Shown piece by piece: positions 1 through 13,489 of a stretch of DNA of 64,000 nucleotides. Both the position numbers and the translations under genes were made by a program. The notes below the pieces were generated by a model, which did not search any database, was not told where the DNA came from, and saw only the letters and a list, made by a program, of their open reading frames with translations. Positions within the stretch are counted from its first letter, which is position 1, and every line of letters begins with the position of its first letter. This DNA comes from Stegostoma tigrinum (Eukaryota): assembly GCF_030684315.1 (NCBI RefSeq), contig NC_081387.1, positions 6,118,497-6,182,496 on the forward strand, read 5' to 3'.

Positions 1-1830
1 CTGAGGATGGACACGTTGGAGAGGGAGTGGGACGGGGAGTTGAAATAGGCGGTGACTAGGAGGTTAGGCTGGCCTGGCAAAGATGCTTGGTAAAACGGAC
101 ACCTAGTCTACGTTTGGTCTTAACAATGTAGAGAAGACCACAACGGGAACACTGGATTCAATAGATTAGATTGGAGGAGATGCAGATGAAGTTCTGTCTC
201 ACTTGGAAGGGCTTTTTAAGGCCCTGAAGAGAGGTGATGTGTGGGTAGGTGCTGCATCTTTTATGGTACCCGGTGGTTTGGAGTAATTGGGGTGGGGAGA
301 GTGGTGTGAACTAGGGAATGGTAAAGGAAATGGTTCTTGCAAAAGGCAGACAGGGGTGGTGTCTAATTAGAGTTGGCAGAAGTGTTTGAGAATGAAACGT
401 TCGATGCGGATGGGATAGAAAGTGAGGATAAGGGGGACCCTGCTTTAATTATGTTTGGGTGGGGTGGTTAAGAGCTGTGGTGTGGGTAATGGAGGAGGTG
501 TGGTGGAGGGCTATCTGGAAGAGAGAGCAGGGAATAAGAGCTGCAGACATCTGGGATGCTTGGGATGGGACATGTCCATGTCAGACCGATATAGATGGAG
601 GAACTGGGAAAACAGGATGGAGATTTTACAGGATACAGGGTGGGAGGAGGTGTAGCCTTGGTAGCTATGAGTGTCTGTGGGTTTATAGTAAATGTCAGTC
701 CGTAAATTGTCACCAGAAATGGAAACGGAGAGGTCAGGAAAGGAGAGAGCGGACTGTGAGTTATTGGCGAAGTCGATGAACTGCTCCAGTTCAGCCTGGG
801 TGGAGGATGCTGCACTGTTGCGATCGTCAATGTCACGGGGGAAGAGTTGGGGAACAGCGCCGGTGCACGTACTGAAGAGGGACAGCTCAACATAGCCAAC
901 AAACAGGCAGCCTCAGCTGGGGCGCATGCAAGTGCCATGGCAACACCCTGGATTGGGGAAAGTGGGAAGGTTTGACGGAAAAGTTAGTGAGAGTGAAGAA
1001 TTAGTTCAGTGAGGTGGTGGGGGTGGGGGTGTTTCTGGCTGGATCCGTTGGGGAGGGAAAACTGAGGGCCTGTAGGTCATCTTTGTGGGGTATAGACACG
1101 TGTAGCGATTGAACATTCATAGTAAAGATGAAGCTCTGGGGGCCAGGGAACTGAGAGTTATCTCTGAGAGGTGGACGGCGTGGTTTGTGTCCCAGATGAA
1201 GGTGGGGAGTGCCTGGACCAAGGGGGAGAGAATGGAGTCGAGGTGGGAAGAGGTGGTTTTGGTGGGGAAGGGGTATGCGGAGACAATGGATTGGCCAGGG
1301 CAGTTGGGCTTGTGGATCTTGAGGAGAAGGTTGAAGCAGGCAGAGAGGGGCTGTGGGACTATGGAGCTGGGGGCAGCTGAGGGGAGATCATCGGTCATCG
1401 GCAGTGTGGGAGACGGTGGCTGGAAAGGGAAGCGAGGATGGGTGGGAAGGTTATTTGAAACTGGAGAACTCAATGTTGAGTCCTCCGGGCCATAGTAGGG
1501 TCATGGTCAAGGCAAAGATAGGACATGGTGTCTGACAATTGACCTCTGTGATATAGAGGTCCGTCCTCCAGACTGCCCCACCTTTCATGGCAGGTTTGAC
1601 AGTGAAATAGGGATTGGTGTCGAGAGAGTGGAGCGCTGCATGGTTGGAGGGGAAAAGTTTGAAGGGTGCAAGGGGGTTGGGTGGAGAAATTGAGGCGATG
1701 AGTGTCACTTTGGCAATTAGCAATGAGGAGGTCCAGGGAGTACAAGAGGATGGCAGTGGGTGTCCAAGAGGAGGCGAGAGATTGGAGGTGGGAGAAAGGG
1801 TCCTGGAGGGTGAATGTTTTCTTGATGATC
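1..1830 (-). mobile_element. Degenerate Penelope-like retroelement (RT + GIY-YIG), runs off the window start
   Basis: Minus-strand frames give PLE motifs: KPA.KGGAV (PADKG), KIHKPNCPG.SIVS, LDSILSPLVQALPTFI.DT, AMG..M.PS, and a GIY-YIG remnant near 100-200. Many stops and frameshifts. Confidence 0.85.
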
Positions 1831-1945
1831 CCTTCATTGAAAGCTCATCTGGTACATACCTTACAGTGGAGTGTGAAGCTGTTCAATTACTTCAGCAGGA
1901 AATTAGCCAGCTCTGTTTCATACTGAACTTTGAACTGTTCTGACA

Positions 1946-2700
1946 ATGCCATCTTTGGCAGGGCAGCCTCAAAAATGTCCATCTTTTTCATCCACCAAGG
2001 ATTCCCAGCCACTTAGCCGTGTTCAACCCATCTCACATACTTCTGCCCTCACCCCTTCCCTTCCTCCCCACAACGATAGGTTTCCCTGGTTCCCCACTTA
2101 CCACCCTGCCAGCTTCCACATCCATAGCATTGTAAGAAGCCATTCCATCGCCTCCAACAAGATACCAGGACAAGACACATATTCCCATTCCCTCATTGTC
2201 AGCATTCTACAGGGATCTTGTCCTCTGGGATACTCTGGTCTACTCCTCCTTCATTCCCAACACGCCCACAAATTCCCACAGCATCTTCCCCTGCAATTGC
2301 AGGAAGTATAATACCTGCCCGGTTACTTCCTCCTTCCTCACTATCCAAGGCCTGCAGGCACACCTCCCTGATGATGCAGCAACTCACTTGCAGTTAATTC
2401 AATCCAACCTCCTGTATTCACTGCTCACAATGTGGTCTCCTCTGCGTGGGCAATGTGAAATGCAGGCTGGGTGACTGCTCTTCAGAACACTTAGGTTCTG
2501 TCTGTAAAAACGATCCTGAGCTTCCTGTTGCCTGGCACTTCAACACCCCATCATGCTCCCAGGTCAACACTTCTGTTACAGGCCCGCTGCAGTGTTCCAG
2601 TGAGCCTCGGCACAAGCTCGAAGAACAGCATCTTCATTTTCTGCTTGGGCAGCCTGCAGTCTCGAGAGGTCAATATCAAGTTCAATAACTTCAGAAACTC
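1946..2700 (+). mobile_element. Penelope-like 3' fragment (thumb + GIY-YIG endonuclease)
   Basis: FPCNCRKYNTCP, RLGDC.SEHL.SV and LPVAWHFN.PS match the PLE copies at 10000-10700 and 60500-60960. Confidence 0.8.
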
Positions 2701-2724
2701 ATGGCATCAGGCCCCAAAAACCCA

Positions 2725-3330
2725 TCAGTTCCTCAAAATACAGGAGTCATTGCAGTTCCCTGGATACTCAAACAGACTTGCATTATTTTTGCTGCTTGTC
2801 GTACTCAGTCACTCCGTTATAGTGTGTGACATACAGGGCTGGCCTACTGCAGCCTTGCTGGCAAGATACGTGCTGTCAATCATACCCTGCACTTTTAGGA
2901 ACCTGGGCATTGCTACAAAACGCCTGGTTCTTCCTTTGATAGGATGCTGCAGTTCATGCTAACACTATATATTGTCCAACCCATATCACAATGCGTCTGT
3001 GAATACCCATGTGCAATGATGGGCGGCAAACTGCAATTTCACGCATATTACTGCGCACAAGCTGAAACGATCCAGTCACAAGGAAAGTCAGAGCAAAGAC
3101 TACTGCCAGGGATACTGGCAATCGTTAACAATCCATCAGACCCGGCTCCATCACTGCATTGTGCAGGTCCTCTGCCAGCTTGGCAGGTCACAGAGAGAGG
3201 ACACTGTTTATCTTGAGAAACTCAGTCTTCTCTGGTACGACTGCTCTGACATTGCCAAGTCCCCCATTCTAACTCTGTGCACACAGTTAAATGTGCATCT
3301 AGGCACATCTCTGTTGCAACAGCAGCCCTC
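2725..3330 (-). mobile_element. PIF/Harbinger (HARBI1-like) transposase remnant
   Basis: Manual minus-strand translation across frameshifts: MSEQSYQRRLSFSR, LPVSLAVVFALTFLVTGSFQ, FLKVQGMIDSTYL (cf. GAIDCTHV), YPGNCNDSCILRN (cf. YPGS.HD). Confidence 0.7.
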
Positions 3331-3599
3331 CTCACCCTGTGCAGGTTGGGCACCGCCAATCAAACCATGTGGGTCCTTTTCCCAGGGTATTTGGACGTAC
3401 CACCACCCCACTGCCTACTCCTTACCCTCCATAACTCTCCTCCTCCCTTTCACCTGTCCCTCTCCCATTCCTTCTTCTCCATGAGCCCTTTACAGATAGT
3501 GCTTCCCAAACTCTCCCACTGTGAGCCCATTTGGAGGCCTAAAGTTCAGCGAGAGGTTAGTGAGGGTCTGATACAGGGGTCGGGGGTTACAGCTGTTAC

Positions 3600-3735
3600 A
3601 AAAGCAAAATACAGAGGTTACTGGAATTCAAAAACAGACATAGAAAGTGCAGGAGAAACTCAGCTGGACTGGCAGAATCAGTGCAGAGAGAAACAGAGTG
3701 AGTGTTTCAAGTCTGACAGGACGTCTTCAGAACTG
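3600..3735 (-). mobile_element. Short PLE-terminus fragment with hammerhead-like core
   Basis: Reverse complement reads agttCTGAAGAcgtcctgtcagacttGAAACactcactctg, followed by the same terminal sequence as 28349-28530. Confidence 0.55.
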
Positions 3736-3829
3736 ACAGATATTAGACTGGGCCACAGGACTCTCATGGCTCTGACTGCCTCAGGACCTCTGATTCGACT
3801 GAGCCTCCTCACGGGACACCATCCCCAAC

Positions 3830-5240
3830 CCCATCCCCCACTTAGCACCCACTCCGGGCTCCCTCCTCACCCAGCTATTCTCCAATGGGCACCCACCCAG
3901 GATACCTTCCAAACACTCCATCCCCAGTTGAGCAACTCCTCGGGGCTCCGTCCCCACCCTCCATTCCCCAATGAGCACCCACCCGGGGCTCCCTCCACAC
4001 TCCCGTTCCCCACTGAGCACTTACCCGGGGCTCCCTCCACTCCCCCATTCCCCACTGAGCACCTACCTGGGGTTCCCTCCATACCCCCGTTCCCCACTGA
4101 GCACCTACCTGGGGCTCCATCCACACCCTCCATTCCCCACCGAGCACGTACCCGGGGATCCCTCCATACCCCCGTTCCCCACTGAGCACCTACTCGGGGC
4201 TCCCTCCACACCCCCGTTTCCCACTGAGCACCTACCCGGGGCTCTCTCCACACCCCCGTTCCCCACTGAGCACCTAACCGAGGCTCCCTCCACACCCCCG
4301 TTCCCCACTGAGCACCCACCCCGGGTTGCATCCGCACACTTCACCCTGTATTGAATCCCCACCTGGGGGTCCCTCCCACCCCCATCTCCCTCCCACCCCC
4401 ATCTCCCTCCCACCCCCATCTCCCTCCCACCCCCATCTCCCTCCCACCCCCATCTCCCTCTGAACACCTACCCAGAGCACCTCCCACCCCCACCTCCCAC
4501 TGAGCAGCAAACCATGGCTCCCTCCCCACCCTCCATCTCCCACTGAACCCCAACCCGGGGTTACCTCCCCACCCCCACCCCATAATGAGCACCAAGCGGG
4601 GCTACCTCCCTACCCCCCATTCCCCACTTATCACCCACCCGGCGCTCTGTCCCCAACTCCCATTTCCCACTGAGCACCCACCCGGGGGTCTGTCCCCAAC
4701 CTCCATTTCCCACTGAGCACCCACCCGGGACACCCTCGCTTACCCCCCTTCTCCCACTGAGCACCCACCCGGGGCTCTGCCCCCAACCCCCATTTCCCAC
4801 TGAGCACCCACCCGGGGCTCCCTCCCTTACCCCGCTTCTCCCACTGAGCACCCACCTGGTGCTCCATTCTCAACTCCCATTTCCCACTGAGCACCCACCC
4901 GGGACTCCCTCTCCAAACCCCCATTTCCCACTGAAGCCCCACACGGGGCTCCCTCTCCTCCCTCCCTTCTCCCGCTGAGCACCTACCCAGTGCTCCGTCC
5001 CCAACTCCCATTTCCCACTGAGCACCCACCCGGGACTCCCTGCCTTACCCGAATTCTCCCACTGAGTACCTACCCGGGGCTCCCTCCCCTATCCCCCATC
5101 TCCCACTGAAGCCCCACCCAGGGCTCCATCCCCAACCGCCATCTCCCACTGAAGCCCCACCCGGGACTCCCTCTCCCACCCCTCGTTCTCCACTGATCAC
5201 CCACTGGGGGCTGCCTACTCCAACACGCCACTGAGCTCCC
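3830..5240. repeat. C-rich minisatellite, ~42-bp unit (CCCACTGAGCACCTACCCGGGGCTCCCTCCACACCCCCGTTC), with an internal 19-bp sub-array at ~4371-4460
   Basis: CCCACTGAGCAC recurs with a 42-nt period (e.g. 4051 and 4093), which explains the PPFPTEHLPGAPST repeat ORFs. Confidence 0.95.
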
Positions 5241-5784
5241 AATTGGGAATCAAGAACATCACACTTACTCATTGATGGATCCAAACCTACATCCATCTCC
5301 ATCTCCACCGCCCTCCAACCCCCCAAAACAAGTCACACCTCATCTCCCCGGAAGCTGAAGGGTGGAAGTCAAGCCTTTCCTCAGCCCCGAGCAATCAAAC
5401 CACCAGGAAACCGATGTGAGAATGCGCCTGGCGCTATCCTAAGGCTGGGAGCCAGGGGGTGAAAGAGCATTCGGCCGCTCAGGAGCTTCACAAGCTTCCC
5501 GCGGCCAACATGAACACAGTGGGCAGACCGGGATTTCAAAGCTGCCCGCTCGCAGCGGGGATCAGAGCTTTGTGAGCACACAGTTAGTCCGGCTTTAGGG
5601 CAGGAAGGTATGGTCCAGGAGCTTCTTTCACACCTGGATCTGTCTGAACCCTGACTACCCTCCCAAAGTCTGTAAGAAAGAGGAAATTTCCAGGGTCTAA
5701 CACTGTAATCCCTCGGCTCCTGCTTCACAGTCTGGACCTCAATGAGCCTCCTGGGAACTAGTGACAAACAATTGATTCTCTCCT

Positions 5785-7706
5785 TAGATAACAAAGTGTG
5801 GAGCTGGATGAACACAGCAGGCCAAACAGCATCAGAGGAGCAGGAAAGCTAACGTTTTGGGCCGAGACCCTTCTTTATAAATGGGGGATTCTGAATTGAA
5901 TAGGGAGAATGCAGAACATAGAACATGACAGCACAGTACAGGCTCTTCGGTCCTCGATGTTGTGCCGACCTGTCATACCGATCTCAAGCCCATCTAACCT
6001 ACACTATTCCATGTTCGTCCATATGCTTGTTCAATGACGACTTAAATGTACCTAAAGTTAGCGAATCTACTACTGTTGCAGGCAAAGCGTTCCATTCCCT
6101 TACTACTCTCTGAGTAAAGAAACTACCTCTGACATCCGTCCTATATCTATCACCCCTCAATTTAAAGCTATGTCTCCTTGTGCTAGCCTTCACCATCCTA
6201 GGAAAAAGGCTCTCCCTATCCACCCTATCTAACCCTCTGATTATTTTGTATGTTTCAATTAAGTCACCTCTCAACCTTCTTCTCTCTAATGAAAACAGCC
6301 TCAAGTCCCTCAGCCTTTCCTCGTAAGACCTTCCCTCCATACTAGGCAACATCCTAGGAAGTCTCCTCTGCACCCTTTCCAAAGCTTCCACATCCTTCTT
6401 ATAATGCGGTGCCCAGAACTGTACACAATACTCCAAGTGCGGCCACACCAGAGTTTTGTACAGCTTCACCATAACCTCTTGGTTCCGGAACTCGATCCCA
6501 GTATTAATAAAAGCTAAAACACTGTATGCCTTCTTAACAGCCCTGTCAACCTGGGTGGCAACTTTCAAGGATCTGTGTATATGGACACCGAGATCTCTCT
6601 GCTCATCTACACTACTAAGAATCTTACCATTTGCCCTGTACTTTGCCTTCCGGTTACTCCTACCAAAGTGCATCACCTCACACTTGTCTGCATTAAACTC
6701 CATTTGCCACCTCTCAGCACAGCTCTGCAGCTTATCTATGTCTCTCTGCAACCTACAGCATCCTTTGTCACTAGCCACAACTCCACCGGCCTTAGTGTCA
6801 TCTACAAATTTACTAACCCATCCTTCTACGCCTTCATCCAGGTCATTGATATAAATGACAAACAGCAGTGGACCCAACACTGACCCTTGCAGTACACCAC
6901 TAGTAACTGGTCTCCAGGATGAACATTTCCCATCAACTACCACCCTCTGTCTTCTTTCAGCAAGCCAATTTCTGATCCAAACTTCTATATCTCCCAAAAT
7001 TCTATTCCTCTGCATTTTGTACAATAGCCCATTGTGGGGAACCATATTGAACGCCTTGTTGAAATCTATATACACCGCATCAACCGGTTTACTCTCATCT
7101 ACCTGTTTGGCCACCTTCTCAAAGAACTCAATAAGGCTCGTGAGGTACGACCTTCCCTTCACAAAACAGTGCTGACTATCCCTAATCAATTTATTCTTTT
7201 CTAGATGATTATAAATCCTATCCCTTATAACCTTTTCCAGCACTTTACCAACAACTGAGGTAAGGCTCACTTGTCTATAATTACCAGGGTTGTCTCTACT
7301 CCCCTTCTTGAGCAGGAAAACCACATTTGCTATCCTCCAGTCATCTGGCACTATTCCTGTAGACAATGATGAGTTAAAGATCAATGCTAAAGGCTCGGCA
7401 ACGAGAGGGAGGTGGATAGAAGATGGATAAAGGAGAAGTTAGGCTGAGAGGAGACAGACAGGTCAAAGAGGCGGGGATGGAGCCATAAAGGTGAGTGTAC
7501 CATTGGGCTGCAGGGTACGCCAGCAAAATATCAGGTTCTCTTCCTGCAGCCTTCAGGTGGCATCGTTGTGGCACTGGAGGAGGCCCAGGATGGACATGTC
7601 GTCTGAGGAGTGGGAGGGGGGAGTTGAAATAGTTCGCGACTCGGAGGTGCAGTTGTTTAGTGCGAACCGAACATAGGTGTTCCGCAAAGCCGTCCCCAAG
7701 CCTCCT
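5785..7706 (-). mobile_element. Inverted 3' arm of the Penelope-like element at 7707-11523, split by a CR1 insertion
   Basis: 5785-5905 is the reverse-complement PLE terminus. 7400-7706 is reverse-complement GIY-YIG/3'UTR sequence abutting the + strand element. Confidence 0.7.
5911..7400 (-). mobile_element. CR1-clade LINE, 5'-truncated; RT ORF 5999-7384 (461 aa)
   Basis: PGNYR.VSLTS, DF.KAF, SGV.QGSVLGP, SKFVDDTK, LEYCVQFW.P and RRLRGDLIE motifs; TTCTATG-type 3' tail near 5915. Confidence 0.95.
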
Positions 7707-10700
7707 TTCTTAGTACTTGCCTACAGAATTGGATTATCCCCAATGGATTACAGTCCACGTTTAGGCCTTCCCAATTTGGCCCCAACCGTGACAAATGCCA
7801 CATTCGGAACATCGAGGCCCTTAAAACATGTTTCTCCCTGCGACTCCTGAAACACGCACTCATAGCAATGTGTCAGCATCTCCTGGTACTCCCATCAAGC
7901 CTACCCCAGCTTAGAGCCTCCCTCCCCCAGGCCTGCAAACGACCTCTCCTGTTCTTCATTCTTTGCAGGATCCACAGCCTGAACTCACAATTCTACTCAG
8001 CTTTATTGGACACTAAAAACCGTGAATACAGTAAGCATACTGATATCTGCCATCCAACATGGGCCTCCTCCACCCCCCACCCCTGCAAAACCCCTACCCA
8101 CAAACTTGCCCACAATGTTTCCGCAGTCATTGGCCATGTGGCCACTTTCGGACGCCCATGGGTGACGTCACATCCTCCGCTGCCGGGGTACACCACTTCC
8201 GGTATAGTGAATGCCATCGACACTGCTGCTGATGCCACCGCCTCCGTTTCTGAGGCCAACCCCACAGACACTGAGGACGCACCTGCTGGCATTGATGCTG
8301 CCACCGCAACCAACATCCAGGGCTTACCGACTGACTCCGCTCCGCCCACCGCCGACGCGAATGTCGCTTGGCCCACTGCCGACGTCGGTCTGCCCACCAC
8401 CAACCACCGACGCCGACATCACTCTGCCCACCGCCAACTACTGACGCCGACGTTCCTCTGCCCACCGCCAACCACTGACGCCGATGTTGCTCTGCCCATC
8501 GCCTCAACAGCCAGCAGCTCCAGCCCTTCCGGGTCTTCACCGCCCCCCAGACCTCCCCAAAACTGAGGGCAAATGGTCAGTCCTTAGTAAAGGGCTCACC
8601 CCTGTCCCCCTCCACCCACACATCAACGAATACCAGTCACATTTGGACATCGAGCAGTTTTTCCGCCGCCTTCGCCTCCACGCCTACTTCTTTAACCAGG
8701 AACCTAACCCTCCCTCCACTGACACCTTCATCCGCCTCCAACACAAATCCTCTTCCTGGACACCATCCCCAGGCCTCCTACCCTCCCTGGACCTCTTCAT
8801 CTCCAAGTGCCATCGAGACATCAATTGCCTCAACCTCTCCACCCCTCTCACCCACTCCAACCTCTCCCCCGCAGAACGGCAGCCCTCCGCTCCCTCCGTT
8901 CCAACCCCAACCTCACCATCGAACCCGCAGACAAGGGTGGCACAGTTGTAATATGGCACACTGACCTCTACATTGCCCAGGGCAGATGCCAACTCTTCGA
9001 CACCACCTCCTACCGCCCCCTTGATCATGACCCCACCCCCGTTCACCAGCATCTCCCAGACCGTTCACAACCTCATCATCTCAGGTGACCTTGCAGTGAG
9101 CCTCCAACCTCACTGTTCCCCAAACCTGCACTGCCCGCTTCTATCTCCTTCCCAAAATCCACAAACCTGACGGCCCTGGTCGACCTATTGTCTTTGCCTG
9201 GTCCTGCCCCACGGAACATACTCTACCTATCTCAACTCCATTTTCTCCCCCTTGGTCCAGGAACTCCCTACCTACATCCGTGACATCACCCACACCCTCC
9301 ACCTCCTCCAAAACTTCCAATTCCTCGGGCCCCAAGACCTCATCTTCACCATGGACGTCCAGTCCCTGTACACCTGTATTCCCCATGCAGATGGCGTCAA
9401 GGCCCTCCGCTTCTTCCTGTCCCACAGGCCTGACCAGTCCCCCTCCACTGACACCCTCATCTGCTTAGCCGAACTCGTCCTCACCCTCGACAACTTCTCT
9501 TTCAATTCCTCTCATTTCTTACCGACAAAGGGTGGGTGGCCATGGGTACCCGCATGGGCCCAAGCTATGCAGGTTACATGGAACAATCCATCTTACGGAC
9601 CTACACTGGCCCCATCCCCCACCTCTTCCTCTGTTACATTGATGACTGTACTGGTGCCACCTTGTGCTGCCACGAGGAGCTCAAACAGTTCATCTATTTC
9701 AACAACACCTTCCACTCTAACCTTAAGTTCATCTGGTCTATCTCTGATACCTCTCACTCCTTCCTGGACCTCTCTGTTTTCATCTCTGGTAACCATCTGG
9801 AAACCAATATCCATTTCAAGCCCACTGACTCCCACAGCTACCTGGAATACACCTCCAGTTTCCTGCAAAAAAGCCCACCCCATTCCCAATTCCTCCACCT
9901 CCACCGCATCTGCTCCCAGGATGAGGCATTCCACTCCCGAACACCTCGGACGTCCTTGTTTTTCAAGGAAGGCAACTACCACCCACAGTGGTCGAGAACG
10001 CGCTCGATCATGTCTCCTGCATTTCCCGCAACTCATCCCTCACACCCTGTCCCAGCAATAACAACCAAAATAGAATCCCCCTCACCCTCACGTACCACCC
10101 GGCCAACCTCCGTATCCAACGCATCATCCTCCGACACTTCTGCCATCTGCAATCCGACCCCACCTTCAAAGACATTTTTCCTTCCACACCCTTATCTGCC
10201 TTCCAGAGCGATCACTCTCACTGTGGCTCCCTGGTCCGCTCCACACTCCCCTCCAGCCCCACCACACCCGGCACTTTTCCCTGCAACCGCAGGATGTGCT
10301 ACACCTGCCCGTACACCTCCCCCCTTCCCCTCATCCCAGCCCTCAAGGAGACTTTCCACAACAAACAGATGTTCATCTGCACATCTGCTAATGTGGTATC
10401 TTGTATCTGCTGTTCCTATTGAAGCCTCTCTACATCGGGGAAACCAAGCGGAGGCTTGCGGACCGCTTTGCAGAACACCTACACTCGGTTCACACTAAAC
10501 AACTGTTCTCCCAGTCACAAACCATTTCAACTCCCCCCTCCCATTCTTCAGACAACATGTCCATCCTGGGCCTCCTGCAGTGCCACAACGATGCCACCCA
10601 AAGGTTGAAGGGACAGCACCTCATATTCCGCTTGGGAACCCTGCAGCCCAATGGTATCAATGTGGACTTCACAAACTTCAAAATCTCCCCTTCCCCTACC

Positions 10701-11523
10701 GCATCCCAAAACCAGCCCAGCTCATCCCCACCCCCCCTAACCTGTCCTTCCTCCCACCTATCCATATACCTTGTTTTTCAAGGAAGGCAAATTCCCCCCA
10801 CAGGATAACCTATCCTTATTTCCAAATCACAAAACTTCCTAATCCTACTTCATTGATTTAACCAACTCCATCCAACTGTAACTGGTTATTTCCTGGAAGC
10901 AGTTATTTCCTCGCTTCGTACTGACTTCTATGATTTAAATTCTTCATCCTAGTTATTTCCAGTGTGGAGAGTGAAATGTTCACTGGCAGATCACCTGCAA
11001 AATTGTAACAGTCAATCATGGTTTGAAAATGCTCCAGTTATTAGCAGAGGAACAGATCCTGCTATTCTCAGATTGATTTATAAGGGGGAAGAACGTCCAC
11101 CTCATTAATCCCCTTTAGCATTTTATATAACTCGGTCAGATGCCACCCATTCTCTCACCTCAAGCCCCACCCCCATCTCCTACCTACTAACCTCATCCTG
11201 CCCCCTTGACCTGTCCATCCTCCCTGGACTGACCTATCCCCTCCCTAGCTCCCTATCTACACTCAACTTTTCTGGCCCCACCCCCGCCCCTTTGACCGAT
11301 CTGTCTCATCTCCACCTATCTTCTTCTCTATCCATCTTCGATCCGGCTCCCACTCTCTCCCCATTTATTTCAGAACCCCCTTCCCCTCCCCCATTTCTGA
11401 AGAAGGGTCTAGGCCTGAAACATCAGCTTTCCTGCTCCTCTGATGCTGCTTGGCCTGCTGTGTTCATCCAACTCTACACCTTGTTATCTCAGATTCTCCA
11501 GCATCTGCAGTTCCTACTATCTC
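7707..11523 (+). mobile_element. Near full-length, frameshifted Penelope-like retroelement (N-terminal region, RT, GIY-YIG, hammerhead-bearing terminus)
   Basis: CLQNWIIPNG, VLSKGL, PADKGG, FTMDVQSLYT.IP, AMGTRMGPSYA, CYIDD, LYIGETKRRLADRFAEHL. Terminus CTGAAGA..GAAAC near 11397-11421. Interrupted at ~10769-11141 by foreign sequence. Confidence 0.92.
10831..11141 (+). repeat. ~310-bp local duplication of 14781-15091
   Basis: Near-identical from aaaacttcctaatcc to ataactcggtc.gat at offset 3950. Confidence 0.95.
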
Positions 11524-11524
11524 T

Positions 11525-12120
11525 AGAGCATTAAGTTTGGGAAGTCACAATGCAGCTGTATAGAAGTTACACTACATTTAGAATATTGTATACAGTTCTG
11601 GTCACCACACTGCCAGAAGAATGTGAAGGACTTGGAAAGGCCTCAGAAATGGTTTATCAGGATATTGCCGGGTTTGGCGGGTATTAGGTACAAGGAGAGA
11701 TTGGAAAAGCTTAGTTTGTTTACAATTAAATGTTGAAGGATGATGGGTAACCTGATAGAAATTTACAAAATTATGAGAGGCATGGATAGGTGGAGTTTAA
11801 TTCCTTCCCACAGATAGAAATGTCAATCCTGGATTACATACATTTAGTTTAAAAGAGGGTAAGTCTGAAGAAGATGTATAAGGCAATTTTATTCCACAGT
11901 GGATGTTGAGTGCCTGGAATGTACAGCTAGACGAGGTGGTGAACATGACACAAAAACAACATTTCAGAAACACCTAGACAGATATATGAATGGGCAGGGA
12001 ATAGAGGGATACAGGCCATGTAAAAAGCTTTTTTTATTTTAGAAATGTATCTTGTCTCAGTGCAAGCTTGTTGTGACAAAGTGCCTGTTCCAACACTGCA
12101 CCGTTCTTTGTTCTCTTTGT
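11525..12120 (+). mobile_element. CR1 LINE 3' fragment
   Basis: LEYCIQFWSPH and LIEIYKIMRGMDR motifs plus CR1-type 3'UTR. Confidence 0.8.
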
Positions 12121-13489
12121 ACTTTGTTTGAAAGTTTTAACTGCTGATTGACCTCACAGGAGTGGGTTATCCAGTTACACTAATTGCACTAATCAACAGA
12201 TATCACATGGAATACTTTGGCTTGTTTGCTTGGTGTTTTTGTTCATTTATTTTCCAACGAGGTATACACTATCAAGCTAAAACATTGTCAGGTAGATGTC
12301 AATGTTGCAGCTCTCCTGGAATTGCCTGATTGGCATTGAAACAAAAGGAACAGTGTTGCTCTTCAGCACTTAGAATTTGTTGTGTAGGCTCTTACGGTTT
12401 AAAAACAAATTCAGTCTTTTGCTGCATCTGTCTAGCTATGTATAGTTCTGAAGTATTGTGCACAATTTCTGTCTACTTATTTGAACTTTTGTACATTTCC
12501 CTCAATACCTTCTGAGGATGGAGGGTTTATATTATGAAAAATGTGATCTCATTGAAAACATATGCTCTTTGGGAATTGAATAGAGTAGAGAATGGTAAAA
12601 TGTATTGCATTTCACTTATCATTTCCAAATCCCCTTGAAGTCTAGGGGTGCAGCATAAAATTTGGATGATCTGGAGCTACGTGGTGAATTCAGATATGTT
12701 TGTTCCCTCAGTTGGTGCTCATAGTCATTGGTCACCATTCTGACATGAACTTTCAATTCCAGCTTTTATGGATTGAATGTTAAATGTTAAATGCATCAGT
12801 TAAATGTTTTGGGTTTTCAACCTATATCCCAGACAATTAGCCTTGGCTTCTGGACAATTAGTCCAAGGATATTAACATTTCACCAGTGTCTCCATTTCAG
12901 GTCTGACCAAAAACAGGTGAAAAAATTACTATCCAGGTTGTAATGCAGATATAGCTATCTTAGAGACTCTAAAATAAATGGACAGTTTAAACCATGACTA
13001 TTTACTGCACCACATTTTCAACACCATTCAGGGACGTGGCAGTTTATTAGTATGTCTACCACCATCCCAGTTGCTTTCATCATTGTTGACATGTTTGAAC
13101 ATCTTGTGCCCCCTTCCCAATGAAACAGCCTGGACACCCTTTAATCTTTGACAATGAAACCACCAGGTTTGTTGTCAGGCAGCTGTCAGAACCAGTCAAA
13201 GTTTCAACTTATTTTTATCGTAAATGAAAGACATAGTCCGAAAGTATCATAAAATTGTGAATCTTATAATTGTAATAAATGTGACTGGCATCCATGAGGA
13301 TAGCATGTGGTGGGATATTCTGTGCAGGGATATTGTAGAATTACATTGGGCGCACAGCACATGAACAGCCCAGTGAATGTAACTAGTTCATGCAAGTATT
13401 TGTGTGCCACTTGAGTCTACCTTGAGATCTTTTCTTATTATTCTCAGTCAATATAACTGTCTATTCCCTTCTCCTTTGTATAATCATTT

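Noticed and set aside
3277-5326. Pro-rich and Gly/Trp-rich repeat ORFs
   Set aside because: Translations of the 42-bp minisatellite on both strands, with no gene structure.
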